Positions 1 to 7,535 of a DNA stretch of 16,393 bases are shown piece by piece. Below the pieces are notes generated by a model. The model made no database searches. It was not told the origin of the DNA and worked only from the letters and a program-made list of their open reading frames with translations. Numbering within the stretch: the stretch's first letter is position 1; the number at the start of each line of letters is the position of its first letter. Source of the DNA: Pseudomonadota bacterium (GTDB taxonomy: Bacteria; Bdellovibrionota_B; Oligoflexia; Oligoflexales; RGVZ01); contig JBEGVZ010000076.1 of assembly GCA_041178085.1 (NCBI GenBank), forward strand, positions 1 through 16,393. Reading direction: 5' to 3'. The position numbers and the translations under genes are program-made.

Positions 1-32
1 GGCACAATGGCGTCAATTGGCAGTTTTTTCAT
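1..32 (-). CDS. 5' tip of a gene running off the left edge; possibly ATP-dependent helicase HrpB
   Basis: Minus-strand ATG at 32 reads MKKLPIDAIVP... with no stop before the edge. LPIDA[IV] resembles typical HrpB N-termini. Only 10 full codons are visible. Confidence 0.35.
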   Translation of the reverse strand, partial: MKKLPIDAIV

Positions 33-388
33 CTTTTACCAATCGTAGTTGCCGCAAAAACCTGCTGACCGGATGAAGGGAATTTTTTTCGCATGATCTA
101 TACAGTTAGCACAACTTTACTCTGTTTTGCAGGAGGCAAGCCAGGCAAAGGCTGATCAGAGGAAGAACGATACTGGGATTGGTTGCGGGCACGGCCATCG
201 CGGCATCGCGTTCACTGGTACCACCGCTGAACTGAATTACCTGACCATCGGCGCTGCGCACGATGCCTTCAACAGCTCCCGCGCTGCAATCCAGACTTGG
301 CTTGAAAATGGTGGGAATCCATCCTTCACGGAATTCACCACGGACGTTTCCCTGTAACGATGATCGCACTGTGTCTGCTCCTGCAAGG

Positions 389-425
389 CCGCCGCACTGG
401 AATCCAGTGCGGCGGTTTTGCTTTT
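389..425 (+). terminator. Intrinsic-terminator-like hairpin
   Basis: Perfect inverted repeat CCGCCGCACTGGA (389-401) / TCCAGTGCGGCGG (403-415) followed by TTTTGCTTTT. The transcript it would end is unclear. Confidence 0.5.
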
Positions 426-542
426 GAACGGATCCGCATCGCCTTGAGTGACATATGAAGTCACTTCATCCAAGGCTCCAATAAAGCCAAACTGCATCCG
501 TATCGCAGGCTGGGTTACCGCCTGGATGCGGGCTATTTCGGA

Positions 543-586
543 TTGACCCAGTATGCATATAACGTGCATCATTATATGCATATTGG
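543..586 (+). promoter_or_regulatory. vapBC promoter and palindromic autoregulatory operator
   Basis: 15-bp inverted repeat CCAGTATGCATATAA (548-562) / TTATATGCATATTGG (572-586), 1 mismatch, 9-bp spacer. It overlaps a TTGACC -35-like hexamer (543-548) and abuts the GGAGG RBS (585-589) of vapB. Confidence 0.7.
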
Positions 587-597
587 AGGGTTAAGCG

Positions 598-789
598 ATG
601 CGCACCACCGTTATCCTGAAGGACGAACTCGTCAAAAAAGCTATGGAAGTTACTAACATCAAAGAGAAAACGGCCCTGATCCACGCCGGACTGCAGGCTC
701 TAATTGACATGCACGCACGTCATCGTTTGATTGCGCTGGGCGGATCGGATCACAAAGCCAAGCCGGGAAGCAGAAGGAAAGCATTCTGA
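598..789 (+). CDS. vapB: Type II TA antitoxin, VapB family (ribbon-helix-helix, MRTT type)
   Basis: 63 aa. MRTTVILKDELVKKAMEVT..EKTALIHAGLQALI...RLIALGGS pattern, GGAGG RBS, and the TGA overlaps the ATG of a PIN gene. Confidence 0.9.
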   Translation: MRTTVILKDELVKKAMEVTNIKEKTALIHAGLQALIDMHARHRLIALGGSDHKAKPGSRRKAF

Positions 790-1151
790 TGATGGTCCTG
801 GTTGACACATCCGTCTGGATTGATCATTTCAGATCGGCAGACCAAAAGCTGTCGGAACTTCTGGTGGACAACCTTGTGCTGGGCCACCCCATGGTCACAG
901 GCGAGCTGGCTTGTGGATCCCTTCGGCAGCGAGATGAGATATTGCCACTACTGAAGTTACTACCCCAGGCAGGCTCGGTTGAGTTTGAGGAAATGCTCGA
1001 ATTTATCGAAAACCGTCGGCTGTATGCTGTGGGATTAGGCTGGGTTGACGCGATGCTACTTGCATCTGCCCTTACATCGAACGCGCAGATCTGGACTAAA
1101 GACAAAAACCTGATTCGCGCGGCAAAATCACTGAAAATTAATTTCCACTAG
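789..1151 (+). CDS. vapC: Type II TA toxin, VapC PIN-domain ribonuclease
   Basis: 120 aa. PIN acidic motifs VLVDTSVWIDH, GELACG, GWVDAMLLAS, WTKDK. Translationally coupled to vapB (start 789 or 792). Confidence 0.93.
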   Translation: MMVLVDTSVWIDHFRSADQKLSELLVDNLVLGHPMVTGELACGSLRQRDEILPLLKLLPQAGSVEFEEMLEFIENRRLYAVGLGWVDAMLLASALTSNAQIWTKDKNLIRAAKSLKINFH

Positions 1152-1175
1152 CTCTGTCGCGCGGCGATTTTGTCG

Positions 1176-1751
1176 TTAAACGCCAGCCTGTTTGCCGTAG
1201 CAACTTGCGCAGGCCGGCAAATATTTTTCTTCGCACCCAAGATCCACCACCGGACTATCATCATCAGGCCCCACAGCTCGGCCGTTGACCATCTTCAAGT
1301 TATAAATGGCCTTCCTGTTGCAGAAGTAACAAGTGGTCTTCACTTCTTCGATGGAATCCGCAAGCTCCAAGAGGCGCTTGCTGCCGGGAAAGAGAAACCT
1401 CTTGTAATCAGTCCTCAGGCCGTAACAGATCACCGGGATATTTTGCTTTGTTGCGATGACGCGCAACTGCCCGACAAGATCGGTCGACAGGAACTGCGCC
1501 TCATCCACGAGCAGACAATCGACCCCCGTAACGCGGGACTCGTCTATCCTTTGCCCTTCTACAAGAAGGATGTCCGCCTCCTGCTCAAGTCCGGCGCGGG
1601 AACGCACCTGCTTTTCACCAAAGCGCGTGTCGAGGGCGGGCTTCAGGATCAGAACGCGCTTGTTTTGTTGGCGGTAGTTGTGCGCAACGGCCAGCAGGTT
1701 GAGGGTCTTGGCGCTGCCCACCGCACCGTAACGAAAATATAACTTGGCCAT
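1176..1751 (-). CDS. tdk: Thymidine kinase
   Basis: 191 aa from ATG 1751. MAKLYFRYGAVGSAKT (P-loop), KPALDTR, VDEAQFL, CYGLRTD, LADSIEEVKT, Zn pairs CYFC and CASC. Confidence 0.96.
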   Translation of the reverse strand: MAKLYFRYGAVGSAKTLNLLAVAHNYRQQNKRVLILKPALDTRFGEKQVRSRAGLEQEADILLVEGQRIDESRVTGVDCLLVDEAQFLSTDLVGQLRVIATKQNIPVICYGLRTDYKRFLFPGSKRLLELADSIEEVKTTCYFCNRKAIYNLKMVNGRAVGPDDDSPVVDLGCEEKYLPACASCYGKQAGV

Positions 1752-1782
1752 TTGCGCCGCCCGCCCTGCTATTCCTGAGTGT

Positions 1783-2517
1783 TCAACTGCGTTGCAGGCA
1801 TTCAAACACGACATCCAGGCGCAGCGAAGGGAAAAGCGAGGGATGCAGGCTTTCGCGGTTATCCAACAGAAAACGGGATAACTGGCGGTCGGCCAAAGCA
1901 CGCAACGTAGGACCACCCTCATCAGCCGGCAGGATGACGGCAAACGCGCCAACGCTGGCCATGCGCCCCGGCTGGACCCGCGCTGTCTCCATCAACGCAT
2001 GACCAAGCACATGCATGCTGACCCGCGCTTCCTCAAGTATCCTCGTGATTACGGATGGGTAGTCCATTTCTGACGCCTGCTGCCGGATGCGGCGTATCTC
2101 TCCTGCAAGCGTTGCGACGTCGGTGGTCGGGTCCACCAGCAAAAGGACACCGGCCTCGTCGAGAATCGTCAAGAAATCCCGCCGCGGGCCGCGACCTGGC
2201 CTTTCACCCGCGGCCGCGCTCGACTCCGCTTCTATCGCTTCATGATGGATCTGATTGATAGCGACCTTCGACCGGGGAAACAACGACCATGCCATAAGGT
2301 TGTAATAATCATGAAGCGACCCCCGGCGAACCGCCAGCACCCCTTCTGTAAAAATCCGCTCCTCGTAATTGCCACGGGTGCGGCCAAAATCGACTGTGCG
2401 CGGCACACCGGAGACACCAACATTGCTTAAAAAACTGGCAATGAAATGCACGTCACCAGACTCAACCGCCCGCCACAGGGCTGGATGCTCCTGCAACAAT
2501 GTCCCCGGAAGTCGCAA
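1783..2517 (-). CDS. DUF3025-like protein
   Basis: Motifs YEERIFTEG..VRRGSLHDYYNLMAWSLFPRSKVAIN, RGPRRDFLTILDEAGV and HVLGHALME match my recollection of the DUF3025 family. Start codon (TTG 2517) is uncertain. Confidence 0.75.
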   Translation of the reverse strand: MRLPGTLLQEHPALWRAVESGDVHFIASFLSNVGVSGVPRTVDFGRTRGNYEERIFTEGVLAVRRGSLHDYYNLMAWSLFPRSKVAINQIHHEAIEAESSAAAGERPGRGPRRDFLTILDEAGVLLLVDPTTDVATLAGEIRRIRQQASEMDYPSVITRILEEARVSMHVLGHALMETARVQPGRMASVGAFAVILPADEGGPTLRALADRQLSRFLLDNRESLHPSLFPSLRLDVVFECLQRS

Positions 2518-2600
2518 TGCAAGAATTCCCGCAAAATTGGTATCGAACCTTCGGACATTCCGGTAAGTTCTCTGCTCAACTTTTGCAGGAGGACCGTCAC

Positions 2601-2819
2601 ATGGATCAACCAGAACTTTGGTGGAGCAAGGTTTTTGGCCCCGCAGATCCAGACACTATCCTGAACCGGGTCGATGAATCCGTGGAACTGGAAGACTACT
2701 GCGACCGCGCCGAAGGCTTCATGGACCTTGTTGAAGAGGCACTTGGCAAAAGCGTGCCGACAGGCCAGATCAAGGAAATCGCCCTTGGACTGTTACAGTG
2801 GGCCGAAGCCCAGGAGTGA
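2601..2819 (+). CDS. Small acidic hypothetical protein (72 aa)
   Basis: Strong AGGAGGA RBS (2587-2593) 7 nt before ATG 2601. It fills the gap between the DUF3025 gene and the lipoprotein gene and ends 6 bp from the convergent stop. Confidence 0.7.
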   Translation: MDQPELWWSKVFGPADPDTILNRVDESVELEDYCDRAEGFMDLVEEALGKSVPTGQIKEIALGLLQWAEAQE

Positions 2820-2825
2820 CGGAAT

Positions 2826-4781
2826 TTAGGGCATGTAAATGTGGCCCCAACCGTCTTTGATTTCCAGACCTGTTACCGAAGGTTTTGCATACTTGAAGGC
2901 AAGCTGCCCGAAGTTTGCCATGGCCTGCCAACCTGACCCAAGACTGATCGACGGTCCGTATTGGTAGGTTGTATCGCCAAATGCTGCAGGCAAAAAAGCC
3001 GTCACTTTGGCGACATCCAGCGAAGCGCCGTACATGAGTCCCGCACTGTCGGCCCATGAATTGTTGATGCCTAAATAAAGTTTTCCGCCACTGACTGGAT
3101 TAGCCGGGTTATCAACCTGGACAAAGACCCGGATCACGTCCCCCGCCTTCAACGGAGGCAACAGTTCATCACCTGATAACTTCAGCCTTTTCGCTGTCGA
3201 TCCCTGAGGAAGCAGCGAAGCGCCAAGATCGATACCTGCTTCGAATGTACTGGCCAGAGGTAAATTCAGGTCTGCTCCGAATTTGAAAGCCCCAGCAGTC
3301 GAATTGCAGGAACGCGTGACGAGGACCTCGAAGTACCAGGCGCCTGAAGATTTCCGCGATGCCGCGACGAACCCTTTGGGCTGTGCTGCCTGCACAATAC
3401 TTGCGTTTGCGACGTGACGGCAATTTGCCTGCGCTGTCGCAACATCCTTGCAGGCATATCCAAGCGATCCCAAAGTGAATCCAACGTCGGGAGTGAAACC
3501 ACTGGATTGCGCAGCGCTGGCGGGGTACGCGCTGGCAACAGCATCCTGACACAACAACTCGCTGGGAGGCGTTGGTTCTGGAATCGGCGGAACGACGCGG
3601 GGGTCATTCGCTGTTTCGATGCGCCCTGAGATTTTTTCGCCTGGCTGATCGATCCTGGTCAATGAATAAGCCGGTTGGTTCCTGTCGTTAAGGTCGTCAA
3701 AGTCGATAACCCCTTTCCAGTTGTTGACCTGCACATCCGCCTTCCCGCTGCGGTAACGCCCAAGCTCCCCGGAGGGCAGCCTTTCAACGATCAACTTTGA
3801 GCGGTCGATCAAAATCAGAACTTTGAGCATCTCATCCCCTGCAAGAGAAAGCTGCGCGCCACCACCCGCCATCGACAGGATGGAATGCAGAGAAGGGGTC
3901 AACATCCTTCGCGGGATGCCAAAACTGCTCGATGTGCTCAGGCCCAGGTTCGCTCCGGCTTCAGACCGCGGAGGCAGTAAAGTTATCTTCTCGTTGAAAT
4001 CGACGCAGGCACCGTCGACGACGGCCTTTTTCTCGGGACCAATTTTCCGGCGGCATTTGCCCCCGTCAGGACTGCCGAAAAACCGCCGGGACTCCTCGTG
4101 GAACTTCGCTTGCAAACTGGCAGCCGGCGCCCCCTGACCATTTAATTTTTTCAACGCCTCAGAAATGTCGACTTCAAAAAGGGAAGCATGGGAGACGCGA
4201 GATTCCACTACGGAGGTACTTTTTCCACAGCTGCTCAACCGTTCGCTAAAGACGCTGTTCATCGGCTCCAGGGGAGACGAAAGCCCGGAAAAATCGCCGC
4301 CCCCACAGCGCCCCTCCATGAGAATTGCGAAATGGCCGGAAATCCTGGCACCTGATTTCATGAGGGGGTCTTCCGTGCACGTATTATCTGCCGAAAGTCC
4401 AATCGAACCCCTTGCCTTATAAGTGTCCCCAGCACCTTCGATCGTGATCTGCTGACCGATTTTGTCGCAATTTGATTCCTGGTCGTCTGGTTTCTCCGGA
4501 GCATTGGAGGCGTTAGGCCCGGTGTTGTCCTCACTGTCCGCCCGGTCGTTGATGAAGTCCCCTTCTTTGCGCAGGACTTCTTCGACCATGCTTCTGCTCA
4601 ACACTGTTTTGCCGGTAAAACTGAAAGACGCGCCGCTGGTTGGTAACGCCACGGAGGCAGGCTGCTCGCCCCCTTTTCGCCGCCCTTCGATCTTTCGGCG
4701 CTGACTGTCCAGAGAACAGCCCGTCAAGCCTGCGATCATAAAAACCAGAAACCTGGCTATGCGATGCGATGCATGAGGCAT
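2826..4781 (-). CDS. Cys-rich lipoprotein with C-terminal SPRY/B30.2-like domain (651 aa)
   Basis: AGGAG RBS before ATG 4781. Signal peptide ends in the lipobox LTGC. Pro-rich linker VVPPIPEPTPPS. C-terminal SGAWYFEV...GDVIRVFV...GKLYLGINNSW...YGPSIS...ANFGQLAFKYAKP follows the SPRY pattern. Confidence 0.75.
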   Translation of the reverse strand: MPHASHRIARFLVFMIAGLTGCSLDSQRRKIEGRRKGGEQPASVALPTSGASFSFTGKTVLSRSMVEEVLRKEGDFINDRADSEDNTGPNASNAPEKPDDQESNCDKIGQQITIEGAGDTYKARGSIGLSADNTCTEDPLMKSGARISGHFAILMEGRCGGGDFSGLSSPLEPMNSVFSERLSSCGKSTSVVESRVSHASLFEVDISEALKKLNGQGAPAASLQAKFHEESRRFFGSPDGGKCRRKIGPEKKAVVDGACVDFNEKITLLPPRSEAGANLGLSTSSSFGIPRRMLTPSLHSILSMAGGGAQLSLAGDEMLKVLILIDRSKLIVERLPSGELGRYRSGKADVQVNNWKGVIDFDDLNDRNQPAYSLTRIDQPGEKISGRIETANDPRVVPPIPEPTPPSELLCQDAVASAYPASAAQSSGFTPDVGFTLGSLGYACKDVATAQANCRHVANASIVQAAQPKGFVAASRKSSGAWYFEVLVTRSCNSTAGAFKFGADLNLPLASTFEAGIDLGASLLPQGSTAKRLKLSGDELLPPLKAGDVIRVFVQVDNPANPVSGGKLYLGINNSWADSAGLMYGASLDVAKVTAFLPAAFGDTTYQYGPSISLGSGWQAMANFGQLAFKYAKPSVTGLEIKDGWGHIYMP

Positions 4782-4878
4782 GGAGAGCTCCTGATCCCAA
4801 TGAGAACTGCCAGATGGTTCGGTTTTTCTACGGAAACCTTGAAGGCGTTTTGCCACGTACGACGATTATTCAAGTCGC

Positions 4879-4887
4879 TGATATAAT
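4879..4887 (+). promoter_or_regulatory. Extended -10 (sigma70-type) element
   Basis: TGaTATAAT in an AT-rich intergenic region upstream of the zinc-ribbon gene. No well-spaced -35. Confidence 0.4.
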
Positions 4888-4905
4888 GAGGTTTTTTAAT
4901 TTTTC

Positions 4906-4932
4906 TAAGGCTTTTGCCAATACCGCCGATCC
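4906..4932 (+). promoter_or_regulatory. Sigma28 (FliA)-type promoter
   Basis: TAAG (4906-4909)-N15-GCCGATCC (4925-4932) against the consensus TAAA-N15-GCCGATAA, about 100 bp upstream of the zinc-ribbon gene. Confidence 0.7.
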
Positions 4933-5034
4933 CCAATTCATAGGGCTTGGGTGTTCCCGGCCGGGGTGAATGATTTTTTGCCCCAAGCCGGATCAAGGTC
5001 GCCCGGTCCGCCAAAAAGGAGGCATCGAAGGACT

Positions 5035-5340
5035 ATGAGGAAGCCGCTGACGTATAACGAAAATGTGTACTTCTTCCAGCGCGATCGCGAGCTCATCCAT
5101 GAAATGGAGGAGAAGCGTCGCCAGGTGCAGCATCGCCGCGAGACGCACAATCACGTGGGACATTGCACCGCCTGCGGGGAAGACACCATCGAGGTCACGC
5201 TTGAGGCAGCTCACATGCATGTCTGCCCGTCGTGCCACGGTGTGTTTGTCGAAGGCGAGGCTGTATCGGAGCTTCTGCGCCGTGATGCGGTCACCATGGT
5301 GACCGGCGGCAAGAAGCGCAAGCGGAACCAGGCTGCCTGA
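5035..5340 (+). CDS. Zinc-ribbon (zf-TFIIB-like) protein
   Basis: 101 aa. ENVYFFQRDRELI charged helix, then CTAC...CPSCHGVFVEGE (CxxC-x16-CxxCxGV[WF] pattern). AGGAGG and GAAGGA RBS candidates upstream. Confidence 0.8.
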   Translation: MRKPLTYNENVYFFQRDRELIHEMEEKRRQVQHRRETHNHVGHCTACGEDTIEVTLEAAHMHVCPSCHGVFVEGEAVSELLRRDAVTMVTGGKKRKRNQAA

Positions 5341-5378
5341 CAAGCAGGCTGGTGCGGGGCATGCAGCCCGCAAAGACA

Positions 5379-5413
5379 AAGGGCCGGGTGCGCAATTCAT
5401 GCATCCGGCCCTT
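5379..5413. terminator. Hairpin between convergent genes, probably a bidirectional terminator
   Basis: AAGGGCCGGGTGC (5379-5391) / GCATCCGGCCCTT (5401-5413), one G-U pair or mismatch, with weak T-rich tails on both strands. Confidence 0.6.
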
Positions 5414-5436
5414 GGCTTTCAACTCATATTGCTCGA

Positions 5437-6204
5437 TCAGAAGGCGTAGCCGAGACCCATGCTAAGCTCCGGAATTGGTCGAAGCGCAAGCCGCGTGTCA
5501 GGAAGCGTGTTGATCATTGACTCATAATCCGCAACGGCCTGGGAGTCCTTGCTATCCACGTTGACGCTGCGACGGAAGTAGTGCGAGATGCCGGCACCCA
5601 CCGTTACCGAAAGACTCTGACTGTTAACCAGCCAACGGTTGCCCATGCCCAGGGACAGTCCGTGCCGCATGTCCGTGATCAAGTCGGTTTCGTCCATCGG
5701 CGATTCTGCGGAGACATCCACCGGCAATGCATTCGCGGAATCGAGAGATTCCGTGTAACGGTTGGCGCGGGAGTTGACCCGAACGTAGTCATAGCTCATC
5801 CGGGCATAGAAGCCCCGCATCGATTCCGGCACTTCCCAGAAGCTGACATTCCAGCGCAAGCGCACGGCATCGAGCTTTTGCCGCTCACCAGGAAAAAGGT
5901 CCTCGCGACGAACGAGACCTTCGGAGTCGCCCTTCGCAAGGAAGGTTCCGCTCCAGATCTCAGGCCCCATGGAAAAGCGCTCACCGACATTGAAGTCCAC
6001 CGCAGCACCGAATTTACTGGTTGAGATTCCACTGGCACGTTCCTCGTAGAGAGCGGACGAAGGCGCCACCGGATCGATTTCCGCAACGAGGCGGCGGTTG
6101 ACGTTGGCGGCGAGAGCCTGCCCTGAAACGATCCCACCAAGGACAGCAAATGCTGCGTATGAAAACGTCACTGACATTGCCTGCCTGGTCCTGATGCAGT
6201 GCAT
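5437..6204 (-). CDS. Predicted outer-membrane beta-barrel protein (hypothetical)
   Basis: 255 aa. GGAGG RBS, signal peptide ending ALA, alternating amphipathic strands, C-terminal LSMGLGYAF (YxF beta-signal). Confidence 0.75.
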   Translation of the reverse strand: MHCIRTRQAMSVTFSYAAFAVLGGIVSGQALAANVNRRLVAEIDPVAPSSALYEERASGISTSKFGAAVDFNVGERFSMGPEIWSGTFLAKGDSEGLVRREDLFPGERQKLDAVRLRWNVSFWEVPESMRGFYARMSYDYVRVNSRANRYTESLDSANALPVDVSAESPMDETDLITDMRHGLSLGMGNRWLVNSQSLSVTVGAGISHYFRRSVNVDSKDSQAVADYESMINTLPDTRLALRPIPELSMGLGYAF

Positions 6205-6256
6205 TTCGTATCCTCCGTAACGTTAAGTCCCAAGGCTAAACGCCCTACTGCCAAAG

Positions 6257-6283
6257 GGATCGGCAGAAGAAAGGGGGAGGTTA
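6257..6283 (-). promoter_or_regulatory. Sigma28 (FliA)-type promoter
   Basis: On the minus strand, TAAC (6283-6280)-N15-GCCGATCC (6264-6257), about 50 bp upstream of the OMP start. The -10 octamer is identical to that of the promoter at 4906. Confidence 0.65.
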
Positions 6284-6358
6284 GCCGGCTTCCGAATGTA
6301 TCCCTTGGTGCCCTCTGCAAGCTCGCCGGTTAAAACTCGCTATTCAGGAGGTTAGCCG
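6276..6358. repeat. 12-bp direct repeat GGAGGTTAGCCG, two copies
   Basis: Exact copies at 6276-6287 and 6347-6358 in the divergent OMP/crtE intergenic region. Confidence 0.6.
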
Positions 6359-6429
6359 CGCACCCCAACGGGACCCTGTTTCCGGACTGATCCTGTTTTT
6401 GGGAGGGCGAGAGCCAGACGGGATACATG

Positions 6430-6458
6430 TTGATCCATCAATAGCCATGCACTATCTT
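6430..6458 (+). promoter_or_regulatory. Candidate sigma70 promoter of the carotenoid operon
   Basis: TTGATC (6430-6435)-17 bp-TATCTT (6453-6458). Confidence 0.45.
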
Positions 6459-7535
6459 TTCTCAGTGACTATCTTCAATAACGACCTCTTTACGCGTGCC
6501 GCGAGCCTGAGCAATTGGCCGGGTGTCGGATCCTATTTGCCGACGAAAAAGGACCGCGGTAGCGTCGATGTCCCGTCCGATGCTTTCCTGCCCCCGCCAC
6601 AGGCGTTCGATGCTTTGATCAAACCGGTTCGTGAATTTGTCGGGCGTGACTCAAAACAAGTGCGCGCCCAATTGGTCGGGATCGGTTTTGATCTTTCCCG
6701 GGACTCAGAAGCCGCAGCAACGGGGCGCGGCCCCCTCCTCGAATGTCTGGCTTGCGTGGTCGAGGCGCTACACGCTGGATCGCTCGTCATTGATGACATC
6801 CAGGATGCCAGCGACGTTCGCCGCGGCGAACCTTCCCTCCACCGCCAGATCGGAGTTCCGCTCGCCATAAATGCTGCCAACTGGCTGTACTTCTGGCCCG
6901 CCGAATTGATCAGGAAGCAAAACCTCGACTCCGGTATGGAGTTGGAAATATACCGGCTGTTTCATGCCACCATGACCCGGGCGCACTACGGGCAGGCTCT
7001 GGATCTTGGACACGACATGACTCAAGTGCCCCAGGATCATGTGCGGGACATTTCATTGGCGACAATAGAACTCAAAACCGGGGAGCTCATGGCCATGTGC
7101 GCTGAGCTCGGTGCTATCGCCGGTGACGCAAGTCCGGAGCGGCGAGCGAACCTGGCCATGTTTGGCCGGCGCTTTGGCGTGGCGCTACAAATGTTCAACG
7201 ACATCGCTGAAGTGGCTGGCGCAGCAACTTTCACGGAATCGCAAGTGTCGTTCAGGCGACCTTCCTGGCTCTGGGCTGTGGCCGCGAACGAACTTGATCC
7301 GGATGAATACAGTCAATTTCAATTGCTGATGAAGATACCCGACGTACGTGACGATCACACGACTCTTTCACAGCACCCAGTTGTAGCCCAAGCCATCACG
7401 CTGGCTTGTGCAGAAATGAAAAACACGATGAATCTTGTGGCAGAAATAACCGGAGATCCAAAATCAGCCAGCCATGAGAAAGCTCTTCACGTCATCAAGG
7501 AACTTGCCCGGAAAGTCATGAGTGCCTATGCGTAA
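6447..7535 (+). CDS. crtE: Polyprenyl (geranylgeranyl) diphosphate synthase
   Basis: LHAGSLVIDDIQD..RRG (first Asp-rich motif), AINAANWLYF, GQALDL, KTG, LQMFNDIAE. First gene of the crt cluster and overlaps the crtI start. Start uncertain (ATG 6447 or GTG 6465). Confidence 0.88.
   Translation: MHYLFSVTIFNNDLFTRAASLSNWPGVGSYLPTKKDRGSVDVPSDAFLPPPQAFDALIKPVREFVGRDSKQVRAQLVGIGFDLSRDSEAAATGRGPLLECLACVVEALHAGSLVIDDIQDASDVRRGEPSLHRQIGVPLAINAANWLYFWPAELIRKQNLDSGMELEIYRLFHATMTRAHYGQALDLGHDMTQVPQDHVRDISLATIELKTGELMAMCAELGAIAGDASPERRANLAMFGRRFGVALQMFNDIAEVAGAATFTESQVSFRRPSWLWAVAANELDPDEYSQFQLLMKIPDVRDDHTTLSQHPVVAQAITLACAEMKNTMNLVAEITGDPKSASHEKALHVIKELARKVMSAYA

Noticed and set aside
1170..1742. 190-aa + strand ORF
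   Set aside because: Antisense shadow of tdk with no recognisable motifs.
1752..1952. 67-aa N-terminal extension of thymidine kinase in the ORF track
   Set aside because: It overlaps the DUF3025-like gene in another frame, and the family N-terminus MAKLYF begins at 1751.
4782..4856. Upstream GTG start for the lipoprotein
   Set aside because: ATG 4781 has an AGGAG RBS and gives a normal-length signal peptide ending in the lipobox.
6305..6320. Sigma54-like TGG...TGC element
   Set aside because: The GG-to-GC spacing is 8 nt, not the required 10.
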